DNA of 64,000 nt, from the NCBI GenBank assembly GCA_963844945.1, contig CAWJQZ010000024.1, positions 8,116 to 72,115 of the forward strand. Direction: 5' to 3'. The notes under the pieces were generated by a model. It was given only the letters and a program-made list of their open reading frames with translations, was not told where the DNA came from and searched no databases. The DNA comes from an uncultured Chloroflexia bacterium. GTDB taxonomy: Bacteria; Chloroflexota; Limnocylindria; Limnocylindrales; CSP1-4. The translations under genes were made by a program, and so were the position numbers. Below are positions 52,484 through 62,108 of this stretch, one piece after another; the stretch's first letter is position 1, and each line of letters begins with the position of its first letter.

Positions 52484-53628
52484 ATGGACGGACTGCCGGA
52501 TCCCCGGGGATCACGACGCGACGGCACGGCGAAGGAGCGCCGGACGGCGCCGGCGCGGGGCGGCATCGGCGGCGGGCTGACGCCGTCGGCCCTCCGGCGC
52601 CTCGTCGAGGCGATGCCCAAGGCGGAGCTCCACCTCCACCTCGACGGGGCGGTGCTCCCGGCGACGGCCCTGTGGATCGCGCGCACGCGCGGCGTGGACG
52701 CGCCGCGCGACTTCGCCGGGATGGCGGCCGCGCTCGTCGCGCCGATGCCCTGCCGGGACCAGGACCAGCTCATCGACGCGTTCGACCTGCCCGTCGCGCT
52801 CATGCAGGACGCGGACGCGCTCGCGCGGATCGCGCGGGAGCTCGTCGAGCTCGAGGCGGCGAGCGGCGTCCGGTACGCGGAGATCCGGTGGGCGCCCGCG
52901 CTGCACACGGCGAAGGGCCTCTCGACGGACGATGTCATCGCCGCGGTCTGCGACGGCACGGCCGCCGGCGCGGCCGCGACCGGCGTGACCGCCCGCCTCA
53001 TCTGCACGGCGATGCGGTCGCACGAGCCCACGGCGAACGTCGCCCTGGCCGAGTCGGCCGCCAGGTTCCGCGACCGCGGGATGGTCGGCTTCGACCTGGC
53101 CGGGCGGGAGGAGCGGTACCCGGACGCGAGCCTGCACCGCGCCGCGTTCGACGCGGCCCGCGCCGGGGGGCTGCGGATCACGCTCCACGCCGGCGAGTGG
53201 GGCGGGGCCGCGCAGGTGCGTCGCGCGCTGGCGCTCGAACCCGAGAGGGATCGCGCACGGGCCGGGCGCGGCGGACGACCCGGCGCTCGTCGACGAGCTG
53301 CGCAGGCGCGGCGTCGTCCTCGACCTCACGCCCACGAGCAACGTCCAGGCGGGGATCGTCCCGGACGTGCGCCTCCCACCCGCTCGCCCGGCTGCACCGC
53401 GCCGGGGTCCGGGTCACGCTGAGCACGGACGACCCGACCGTCGCGGACGTCCGGCTCACGGACGAGTACGAGCGGGCGGTGCGCGAGATCGGCCTCACGC
53501 CGGCGGAGCTCTGGGCGATCGACCGGCGTGCGCTCGACGTGGCGTTCGCCGACGAGACGACCCTGGCGCCGCTCCGCGTCGCGTTCGACGCCTGGGCGGC
53601 GGAGATCCCGGAGCTCGCGGCGGGCTGA
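52484..53628 (+). CDS. add: Adenosine/adenine deaminase; frameshifts at about 53245-53370
   Basis: MPKAELHLHLDG, YAEIR, GFDLAG, HAGE, PTSNV, LSTDDP. Confidence 0.88.
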
Positions 53629-53705
53629 GCCGGACAGCGGGGCCCGCGCGCGGCGAGGCTCGCCGGCGCCCGTGCCGCCCGCGGGCGACGCGCTACGATG
53701 CCGTC

Positions 53706-54236
53706 ATGATCGATCTAGTCATCACGCTCATCGGCCCTGACCACCCCGGGATCGTGGACGAAGTGTCGGAGGTCGTCGCCGCCAACGGGGGCAACTGGCT
53801 GGAGAGCCGGATGGCGCACCTCGCCGGCAAGTTCGCCGGCGTGCTGTGCGTCGAGGTCGCCGACGAGCAGGCGGCGGCGCTCGAGGCGGCGCTCGGGCAG
53901 CTGGGCGCGAGCGGCCTGCAGGTGATCGTCGAGCGGAGCGCGCCGGCGGAGGCCGCGCCCCTGCGGATCACCGAGATCGAGCTGCTCGGCCTGGACCGGC
54001 CGGGCCTCGTCCACGAGATCTCGGAGCTCCTCGCGACGCACCGGATCAACGTGGAGGACCTCTCCACCGACCGCCCGGCCGCGGCGATGTCCGGCAGCCG
54101 CATGTTCCACGCGCACGTCCGGGCCGCCGTGCCGGACGGCGTGGACATGACCGAGCTCCGCCAGGGCCTCGAGCGGCTCGCCGCGGACCTCATGGTGGAG
54201 ATCCGCCTCGCGGAGGCGATCGGCTCCGCGCGCTGA
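53706..54236 (+). CDS. GcvR-like tandem ACT-domain protein
   Basis: LIGPDHPGIV..NWLESRM..LAGKFA; GLDRPGLV..INVEDL. Confidence 0.85.
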   Translation: MIDLVITLIGPDHPGIVDEVSEVVAANGGNWLESRMAHLAGKFAGVLCVEVADEQAAALEAALGQLGASGLQVIVERSAPAEAAPLRITEIELLGLDRPGLVHEISELLATHRINVEDLSTDRPAAAMSGSRMFHAHVRAAVPDGVDMTELRQGLERLAADLMVEIRLAEAIGSAR

Positions 54237-54248
54237 TCCCGCGACGGG

Positions 54249-55085
54249 TCAGCCGCCGAGGCGGTCCAGGGCGGCGCGGAGCTCGTCCGCGTCCAGGGCG
54301 ACGATCGTCGGCCGCTCGTGCTCGGCGGCGGCGTCGAGGTGCTCCTGCCGGGTGACGCCCGTCATGAGCAGGATCGAGGCCACGCCCGCCGCGCGGGCGG
54401 CGGGGATGTCCGCGAGGAGGCTGTCACCGATGACGACCGCGCCGTCGAGCGGGACCCCCGCGGCCTCGGCGGCGATCCGGAGGAGGATGGGGCCGGGCTT
54501 CCCGATGGCGAGCGGGGCGGTCCCGGCGGCGGCCTCGACGGCGGCCACGATCGACCCGGCACCGGGCTCGAACCCGTGCTCGGTGGGGAAGACCGGGTCG
54601 CGGTTCGTCGCGACGAAGAGCACGCCGGCGCGGACGCAGGCGGAGGCGATGTTGAGCCGGGCGTAGTCGAACTCGCGGTCGAGGCCCACGACGACCGCCT
54701 GCGGGTCCCCGGCGGCGGCCATCGGCGATGCACCCGCCGCGAGCGCGGCCGCGGCGTCGCCCGCGCGGACGACCGTGAGGCCCACCTCCTGCAGCTCCTC
54801 GACCATCCCGGGAGCGCCCACGGCGAGGACGCGTTCCACCCACGGCTCGTGGGTGACGAGGTGGACGGCGGTCGCGCGCGACGAGGTGACGATCCGGGTC
54901 AGGTCCGACGGAGCCCCCAGGCGCTCGAGGCGCGCGGCGTAGTCGCGCCGGTGGCGCATCGAGTTGTTCGTGACGTAGGCCACGACGTCGCCCTGCCGCT
55001 CGCGCTCGACGAGCAGCTCCGGGACGCCGGGGACGGGGGCATCGCCACGCCAGACGGTGCCGTCGAGATCGACGAGGAGGAGCAT
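54249..55085 (-). CDS. HAD-IIA phosphatase (NagD-like)
   Basis: DLDGTVW, VTNNS, ATNRD, PGAGS, GKP, IGDSLLADI, TGVT. Confidence 0.92.
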   Translation of the reverse strand: MLLLVDLDGTVWRGDAPVPGVPELLVERERQGDVVAYVTNNSMRHRRDYAARLERLGAPSDLTRIVTSSRATAVHLVTHEPWVERVLAVGAPGMVEELQEVGLTVVRAGDAAAALAAGASPMAAAGDPQAVVVGLDREFDYARLNIASACVRAGVLFVATNRDPVFPTEHGFEPGAGSIVAAVEAAAGTAPLAIGKPGPILLRIAAEAAGVPLDGAVVIGDSLLADIPAARAAGVASILLMTGVTRQEHLDAAAEHERPTIVALDADELRAALDRLGG

Positions 55086-55143
55086 GCGACCGATGCTACC
55101 GGAGGCGGACGGCCCCGGCCGGGTGGGCGCGTACACTGGCCCC

Positions 55144-55705
55144 GTGCCCCACGCCGACCCGTTCCTCGAGGCGACCCTGCTCATCGTGGACGGCCGCAAC
55201 GCGCTCGGCGCGATGCAGCGGACGCGCGGTCCGGTCCCGGAGCAGGCGCTGCTGTCGCGCCTGTGGACGGTGGTGGGGCCGCGGACGCGGATCCTCGTCG
55301 TCTTCGACGGGATGCGCGACGGCGGGGCGATGATGCCGGAGCGGTCGAGCCGCCTGGGCGTCCGCTGGAGCCGCTATGAGTCCGCGGACGACCTCATCGT
55401 CCGGATCGTGGGCGACGCGCCGGACGGAGACCCTCGTCGCGACCGACGACATCGAGCTGGGCGCACGCGTCCGCGCGCTCGGCGCCCGCTCCGTGCGCTC
55501 CCGCCAGCTCGTGGACCGGTTCGCGCAGCAGCGTCCGGTCGCCCCGTCCGTGGGCGCGTCGCGGCCGGTGAAGCCGCCGCTCGGCGCCGGCCCCGTCGGC
55601 CACGGCAAGGACGACCCGGCACAGGCGGACCGGCAGGCCTGGAGCCCCGGCCGGGGCGCGACGAAGAAGAAGGGGAACCCGAAGCGCGGCCACCAGCCCC
55701 GCTGA
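55144..55705 (+). CDS. NYN (YacP/Rae1-like, PIN-fold) domain protein; frameshift near 55428
   Basis: LIVDGRN, VVFDG, SADDLI, VATDDIEL..RALGA. Confidence 0.72.
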
Positions 55706-55763
55706 CGGGACGCACCCCGCTCGGGGCTTCGCACCCCCCTCCGCCGATGCTAGGATGCGCGCC

Positions 55764-56237
55764 GTGGACGCAGCATCCGGGCTCGGCCAGATCTGGACCC
55801 AGTTCCTCGACTTCCTGGCGAAGATCGTCTCGCCCGACTGGGGCGCGCTCGTCGCCCTGATCCCGCTCGCCCTCGCCCCCCTCGTCGGGCTCTTCGCCCT
55901 CGCGATGGTCCTGCTGTGGCTGGGCTACGGCGCGACCAAGCCGCGCGCGAAGCTCCGCTACGTGACCGGCCCCCGCCCCGCGGCGATCGGGGCGGACGGG
56001 GCGGCGCTGCTGCCCGCCGGGTATCCGGTGGACGCGTCGAAGGCGCTCGTGTACCCGCCCGGCACCATCCGCGGCGACGACGGGACGCCGCTCACGGTCG
56101 CCTGCCCCATGTGCCACGTGGAGCGGAGCGCCGAGCTCTCCACGTGCGGGAACTGCGGCCTCGTCCTGAAGATCGACGCACCGATCGCCGTCGCACCGCC
56201 GCCGGGACCGCCCGCGGGCGGCGCGGCGATCGCCTGA
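55764..56237 (+). CDS. Membrane protein with a C-terminal Cys cluster (CPMCH..CGNC, zinc-ribbon-like)
   Basis: N-terminal amphipathic helix plus TM; ACPMCHVERSAELSTCGNCG; TAGGAT 7 nt before the GTG. Confidence 0.7.
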   Translation: MDAASGLGQIWTQFLDFLAKIVSPDWGALVALIPLALAPLVGLFALAMVLLWLGYGATKPRAKLRYVTGPRPAAIGADGAALLPAGYPVDASKALVYPPGTIRGDDGTPLTVACPMCHVERSAELSTCGNCGLVLKIDAPIAVAPPPGPPAGGAAIA

Positions 56238-56268
56238 CCCGCTCCCCCACCCCGAGCCAGCGTCCCCC

Positions 56269-57201
56269 ATGGCTTCCGGAGCGTTCTACCTCACCGTCGT
56301 CGGGACGATCCTGCTCGCCCTCGCGTTCGCCGCGCACGTCGCCCACGCCGTCCTCCTCGCGTCCGGCCGCAGGGTCGCCCTGCTCGCGCCCGCCGCGGCG
56401 CCCGCGTTCGCCGGCGTCGTCACCGGCAGCTTCGTGGAGCGGGAGGCGTCCGCTCCCGACGCCGGCGCCGCACGGGACCGGACCTCGATCGCCCCGATCG
56501 CGTGGGGGCTCGCCGCGGCGGCCGCCGCATCGCTCGGGCTCGCGCTCGTCCTCCGTGGGCTCGTCGTGGGCCGCGGTCCGTGGGGGAACCTCTACGAGTT
56601 CACCGTCGCGTTCTCGTTCGGGATCACGCTCGGCTACGTCGTGCTGGCGGCCCGCTACCCGGTCCGATCGCTCGGCGCCATCCCGCTGGGGATCGCGCTC
56701 GCGCTCGCCCTCTACGCGTTCTCGCTCCCCTCGCAGGTCGAGCAGCTCGTGCCCGCCCTCCAGAACCCGCCGCTCCTCACGATCCACGTGGGCTTCGCGA
56801 TGATCGCGTACGGCATCTTCGCGATGAGCTTCGCCGCCGGCGTCGGGTACCTGGTCCAGGGGCGCGACGACCGCTTCGCCTGGCTCCCGTCGCACCGGAC
56901 GCTCGACGAGGTCGCCTACCGGTCGGTCGTCGTCGGGTTCCCGATCTTCGCGACGATGATCGTCCTCGGCAGCTGGTGGGCCTCGATCGCGTGGAGCAGC
57001 TGGTGGGGCTGGGATCCGAAGGAGACCGCCGCGCTCGTCACGTGGCTCGTGTACGCCGTCTACCTGCACGCGCGGAACCAGCGCGGATGGAGCGGCCGGC
57101 CGGCCGCCCTCATCCTCGTCGTCGGCTTCGCGATGGTGCTCGTGACGTACAGCGGGAACCTCTGGTTCAGCGGCCTCCACGCCTACTCCGGGCTGAACTG
57201 A
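56269..57201 (+). CDS. ccsA: System II cytochrome c biogenesis protein CcsA/ResC
   Basis: PWGNLYE, LVPALQN..IHV, WWD motif WWGWDPKET, YLHAR, GLHAYS. Confidence 0.93.
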   Translation: MASGAFYLTVVGTILLALAFAAHVAHAVLLASGRRVALLAPAAAPAFAGVVTGSFVEREASAPDAGAARDRTSIAPIAWGLAAAAAASLGLALVLRGLVVGRGPWGNLYEFTVAFSFGITLGYVVLAARYPVRSLGAIPLGIALALALYAFSLPSQVEQLVPALQNPPLLTIHVGFAMIAYGIFAMSFAAGVGYLVQGRDDRFAWLPSHRTLDEVAYRSVVVGFPIFATMIVLGSWWASIAWSSWWGWDPKETAALVTWLVYAVYLHARNQRGWSGRPAALILVVGFAMVLVTYSGNLWFSGLHAYSGLN

Positions 57202-57218
57202 CGCCGCAGCGCCCGGGC

Positions 57219-57542
57219 TCAGGCGGCCAGCGCCGCGGGCGCGTCGCCGCCCACCTCCCAGTGCGTCACCCGGGTCTCGCGCTCGACGAGGAACGCGTCG
57301 TCCGCGGGGAAGAAGACCGCGGCCCCCGGGTCCGGCCCGGCGAAGCGCCGGATGGCGTCCTCGTCGGTCCAGAACGAGATGAACGTGAACTCCTCCCGGT
57401 CCCCGACCTCTCGTCGGAGGACGACGACGCCGGCGTTGCCGGGGGTCTCCCGGCAGGCCACGACGCCGGTCGCCTCGAGATAGGCCGCGTACCGGTCCGC
57501 ATCGGCCGGGATCGTCGTCCCGCGCCACATCCTCGCGATCAT
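57219..57542 (-). CDS. Antibiotic biosynthesis monooxygenase-like (dimeric alpha/beta barrel) protein
   Basis: MIARMWRG..YLEATG..PGN..ISFW..AIRRFAGPD..AVFFPADDAFL..VTHWEV. Confidence 0.85.
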   Translation of the reverse strand: MIARMWRGTTIPADADRYAAYLEATGVVACRETPGNAGVVVLRREVGDREEFTFISFWTDEDAIRRFAGPDPGAAVFFPADDAFLVERETRVTHWEVGGDAPAALAA

Positions 57543-57600
57543 CCTGGTTCCCCTTCCTCGCGCGGCGTCTCCGCGCGACCCTTCACTTCGTCGCTTCTCG

Positions 57601-57819
57601 TCACTCGGTCCCGGCCGACCGCGGCGCCGGCGTGAACGTGAGCGTCACGACCAGGCGCGGGAGCCGGACCGACAGCCGCCTCCCGGTCGCCGGCGATCGC
57701 CGCACGCCGGCCGGGCGAGCCGGCGCGTGCTGCCGCGCCCGCTCGATGTCGAGCGCCGCCTCCCGGCGCGCCCGGATGTACTCGTCCGCCAGGAGGATGA
57801 TCCCGAACCCCTGCTGCAT
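57601..57819 (-). CDS. Small hypothetical protein, 72 aa
   Basis: GGAAGGGG RBS; near-consensus sigma70 promoter upstream; LADEYIRARREAA helix. Confidence 0.6.
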   Translation of the reverse strand: MQQGFGIILLADEYIRARREAALDIERARQHAPARPAGVRRSPATGRRLSVRLPRLVVTLTFTPAPRSAGTE

Positions 57820-57872
57820 CGGATGGACCCCTTCCGCGTGCCCGGCGCCCGGCCTTCGCCGTCCCGAACCAC

Positions 57873-57949
57873 CTAACCATCGTACTCTGTGTTGATGGTG
57901 TGCACACTGTACGGGCCATGTGCTAACCTGTCAAGCGTTATGACTGGTG
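57873..57949. promoter_or_regulatory. Divergent promoter with two CTAACC-N17/18-GGTG operator-like sites; minus-strand TTGACA-17-TACAGT
   Basis: AT-richer patch; TTGACA at 57934-57929 and TACAGT at 57911-57906; sites at 57873-57900 and 57923-57949. Confidence 0.7.
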
Positions 57950-57969
57950 ATGGAGAGGGACGCCACACC

Positions 57970-58602
57970 ATGGACGTCGACGACGGGATGGCGCGCACAC
58001 CGGGCTCGGTCGCGCTCGAGCTGGCACCGGCCGGGCCGCCGGACGATCCGCCGACACCGCCCGGGATCGCCCGCGTGCGCGCCTTCGTCAACACGCGCGA
58101 GATCGACGGCGAGTCCTTCGTCGAGGGCTTCGGGACCCCGGCGGACCTCGCGGCCTGGCTCGCCGCGCACGGCCTCGTGCCGGACGGCACACCCGCGGAC
58201 GAGGGCGACCTCCACGAGGCGATCGTCGTCCGCGAGGCGCTGCGGGACCTCCTCGAGGCGAACGCCGGCCACGGCGTGCACGCCGATGCGCTCCGGGCCC
58301 TCGAGGAGGCGGCGTCGCGCTCGCCTCTCGCCGTCCGCTTCGACCGGGCGGGCGACGCATCGCTCGCGCCCGTCGGCGGCGGCCCGCGAGCGGCGCTGGG
58401 CCGGCTGTTCGCCGATGTCGCGACCGCCGTCGCGGACGGGACCTGGGCCCGTCTCAAGGTCTGCCGCAACGACGAATGCCGGTGGGCCTACTACGACGTC
58501 TCGCGCAACCGGTCGGGCCGGTGGTGCTCCATGGCCGGTTGCGGCAACCGCATGAAGGGCCGTGCGTACCGCAGCCGCACGCGGGCCGGCGGGCCCGCCT
58601 GA
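57970..58602 (+). CDS. ABATE domain / CGNR zinc finger protein (DUF1470 family putative regulator)
   Basis: AFVNT, LAAWL, RLKVCRNDECRWAYYDVSRNRSGRWCSMAGCGNRMK. Confidence 0.92.
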   Translation: MDVDDGMARTPGSVALELAPAGPPDDPPTPPGIARVRAFVNTREIDGESFVEGFGTPADLAAWLAAHGLVPDGTPADEGDLHEAIVVREALRDLLEANAGHGVHADALRALEEAASRSPLAVRFDRAGDASLAPVGGGPRAALGRLFADVATAVADGTWARLKVCRNDECRWAYYDVSRNRSGRWCSMAGCGNRMKGRAYRSRTRAGGPA

Positions 58603-58683
58603 GGCCGCGTGACGGGATAGAACGACCGTTCTATACTCGGTCCCCGACGGCGTTCCCGCTGCCCGGAGACCTCCGCGCGCGTC

Positions 58684-58768
58684 CTACCACATGTTGATAT
58701 GCCCCCATGGTACGGACCACTACATGTTGTGGTTTCGGCTTGACTCGTCGGTCGCACGGGCGTAGTGT
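58684..58768 (+). promoter_or_regulatory. Two NrdR boxes and the sigma70 promoter of nrdJ
   Basis: ctaCcAcATgTtGata (58684) and ccaCtAcATgTtGtgg (58717) fit acaCwAtATaTwGtgt, 33 bp apart; TTGACT (58740), 17 bp, TAGTGT (58763). Confidence 0.85.
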
Positions 58769-58899
58769 TCTCGGGCCGGGAAGCGGCTCCGTCGGATGGT
58801 CGGAGCGTCCCACGACCGGGCGTCGGAAGCCCCCATCGGGGGGTCTGAGAGGTCTCCTGACGCGGCCGGACCCGGTGACGATCCGTGGAGGGAGAGGGA

Positions 58900-61800
58900 A
58901 TGGCGCGAGGGGCATCCGGGACGACGGCGACCGCCAGGCGGACCGAGGCGGCAGTGGCGGCACGGGCGCACGGGGCCGCCGCGGCGGCGAAGGCGGCGGA
59001 TCGCGCGCGGGAGCTCTCGGACGCCGCGGCGCTCGCCGCGGCAGAGGCGATGGACGCCCTGCGCTTCACGGGCGAAGGGACCCGCGGCCTCACCTTCGAG
59101 CGCCGCTGGACGCGCCCCGGCGTGCACCCGTACGACGAGGTGGCGTGGGAGACGCGCACGGCGTCGATCGGGAACGAGTCGGGCAAGCTCGTCTTCGAGC
59201 AGCGCGACGTCGAGGTCCCGGCCTTCTGGAGCCAGCTCGCCACCAACGTCGTGGTGAGCAAGTACTTCCGCGGGCCACGTGGGGACGCCCGAGCGCGAGC
59301 GCAGCGTCCGCCAGCTCCTCGACCGCGTCGTCAACACGATCGCCGCGTGGGCGGAGAGCCAGCGCTACTTCGCCACCTCCGAGGATCTCGACACCTTCAA
59401 GGCCGAGCTGACCCATCTCCTGCTCCACCAGAAGATGAGCTTCAACTCGCCGGTCTGGTTCAACGTGGGCATCGAGGCCAAGCCCCAGTGCTCCGCGTGC
59501 TTCATCAACTCCGTGAAGGACTCCATGACCTCGATCATGGACCTCGCGAAGACGGAGGCGATGCTCTTCAAGTTCGGGTCCGGCGCCGGCTCCAACCTCT
59601 CCCCCATCCGCTCGTCGCGGGAGAAGATGAGCGGCGGCGGCACCGCGTCCGGCCCGGTGAGCTTCATGCGCGGCTACGACGCCTTCGCCGGCGTCGTGAA
59701 GTCGGGCGGCAAGACCCGCCGCGCCGCGAAGATGGTGATCCTCGACGTCGGCCATCCGGACGTCCTCGACTTCATCGACAGCAAGATGCTCGAGGAGAAG
59801 AAGGCCTGGGCCCTGATCGAGGAGGGCTACGACGCCTCGTTCACCGGCGAGGCCTACGGCTCGGTCGCCTTCCAGAACGCGAACCACTCGGTGCGCGTGA
59901 CGGACGACTTCATGGAGGCCGTCGTCGCGGACCGCGAGTGGACCACGCACGCGGTCGTCGGCGGCGCGCCCATGGGCACGTACCGGGCGCGCGAGGTCTT
60001 CCGCCGGATGGCGGACGCGGCATGGCTGTGCGGCGACCCGGGCATCCAGTACGACACCACGATCAACGCCTGGCACACGAGCGCGAACACGGACCGGATC
60101 CACGCGTCCAACCCGTGCTCCGAGTACATGTTCCTCGACGACACCGCGTGCAACCTCGCGTCGCTGAACCTCATGAAGTTCGTCGGGGACGACGGCGAGT
60201 TCGACGTGGACGGCTTCCGGTACGCCTCGCGCCTGACCATCACGGCGCAGGAGATCCTCGTCGACAACGCGAGCTACCCCACGCCGCTCATCGAGGAGAA
60301 CTCGCACCGCTTCCGGCCGCTCGGCCTGGGCTACGCGAACCTCGGCGCGCTCCTCATGAGCCGCGGGCTCGCGTACGACAGCGACGAGGGGCGCGACTAC
60401 GCGGCCGCCATCACCGCGATCATGCACGGCGAGGCGTACCGGCAGTCGTCGGTCGTCGCCCGCGACCACGGCGGCGCGTTCGTCGAGTACACGAAGAACC
60501 GCGAGCCGTTCCTCGGCGTCATGCGCAAGCACCGCGACGCCGCGTACCGCATCCCGGAGGCCCACGTCCCCGCGGACATGATCGCGGCCGCCCGGCGCGT
60601 CTACGACGAGGCGCTCGAGCTCGGCGAGGTCCACGGCTACCGCAACGCACAGGTGACCGTGCTCGCCCCCACCGGGACGATCGCGTTCATGATGGATTGC
60701 GACACCACCGGGATCGAGCCGGACATCGCCCTCATCAAGTACAAGAAGCTCGTCGGCGAGGGCTACCTCAAGATCGTGAACAACACGGTCCCCGGCGCGC
60801 TCCGGCGGCTCGGCTACACGCCCGCCCAGGTGGAGGAGATCGTCGCGTTCATCGACGAGCGCGAGACGATCGAGGGCGCACCCGGCCTCAAGCCCGAGCA
60901 CCTCTCGGTCTTCGACTGCGCCTTCAAGCCCGTGAACGGCGAGCGGACCATCCACTACATGGGCCACGTCCGGATGATGGCCGCGGTCCAGCCGTTCCTC
61001 TCCGGCGCGATCAGCAAGACCGTGAACATGCCGGAGACGGCCACCGCGGAGGAGATCGAGCAGGTCTACCTCGAGGGCTGGAAGCTCGGCCTCAAGGCGA
61101 TCGCGATCTACCGCGACAACTCCAAGCGCAGCCAGCCGCTCTCCACCAGCCGGAAGAAGGACGGCGAGGCCGTCGAGACCGAGACCGTCGCGGCCCTCCG
61201 GGCCCAGCTCGCCGCGGCCCAGGCCGAGGCGGTGAAGCCGCACCGGCGCCGGCTCCCGGCCGAGCGCGCCGCGGTCACGCACAAGTTCGACATCGCCGGC
61301 CACGAGGGGTACATCACCGTCGGCCTGTACCCCGAGGGCCAGCCCGGCGAGATCTTCCTCAAGATGGCGAAGGAAGGCTCCACCGTCAGCGGCCTCATGG
61401 ACACGTTCGCGACGTCCGTGAGCCTCGCGCTCCAGTACGGCGTCCCGCTCCGCGACCTCGTGAACAAGTTCGCGCACGTCCGGTTCGAGCCGTCCGGCTT
61501 CACCGGCAACAGCGAGATCCCGATCGCCAAGTCGATCGTCGACTACATCTTCCGGTGGCTCGGCGCCCGCTTCCTCGCGGCCGACGACAAGGCCGGCCTG
61601 GGCCTCCAGGGCGCAGCGTCCACGGTCGTCGCGGAGGCGCCGGCGGCGTTCGCCGCGCCCGTCTCCTTCGGCGTGGCCACCGTCGCCGCGCCGGCTCCGG
61701 CCGGCCCGTCCGAGGGCGAGTCCACGGGCGAGGACGTCGAGGCGGCCGCTGCGGCCGGGTCGAGCGCGCTCCCGGTCATCCAGCCGGCGGCGAAGGCCGG

Positions 61801-61996
61801 AGGGAACGGCAACGGGAGCGGCCACAAGGGCGGGAACGGCAACGGGAGCGGGCTGTCGATGTCCCTGGGGACCACGACGGTCGCGTTCACCGTCCAGGAG
61901 GACGCCCCGTCCTGCGCCGAGTGCGGCTCGATCATGGTCCGCAACGGCAGCTGCTACAAGTGCATGAACTGCGGGAGCACGAGCGGCTGCTCCTGA
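58900..61996 (+). CDS. nrdJ: Class II (adenosylcobalamin-dependent) ribonucleotide reductase with TSCPD and C-terminal Zn-ribbon domains; frameshift near 59277
   Basis: FNSPVWFN, QCSACFI, GGKTRRAAKM, NPCSEY, ACNLASLNL, RPLGLGYANLG, APTGTI, SGAISKTVN, CAECG..CYKCMNCG. Confidence 0.95.
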
Positions 61997-62108
61997 CCCA
62001 CGGGGCGTCACGCCCCGCCGCCACGGTTCGGAACGATGCCCGGGCGCCGTCAGGCTCCCGGGCATCGGCACCTCAGGGACCAGTCGCGCGCCTCGTCTCC
62101 GCCGTCGA

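Noticed and set aside
59270-59285. Programmed frameshift in nrdJ (and other split genes)
   Set aside because: No slippery heptamer is evident, and similar breaks occur in about 20 unrelated genes.
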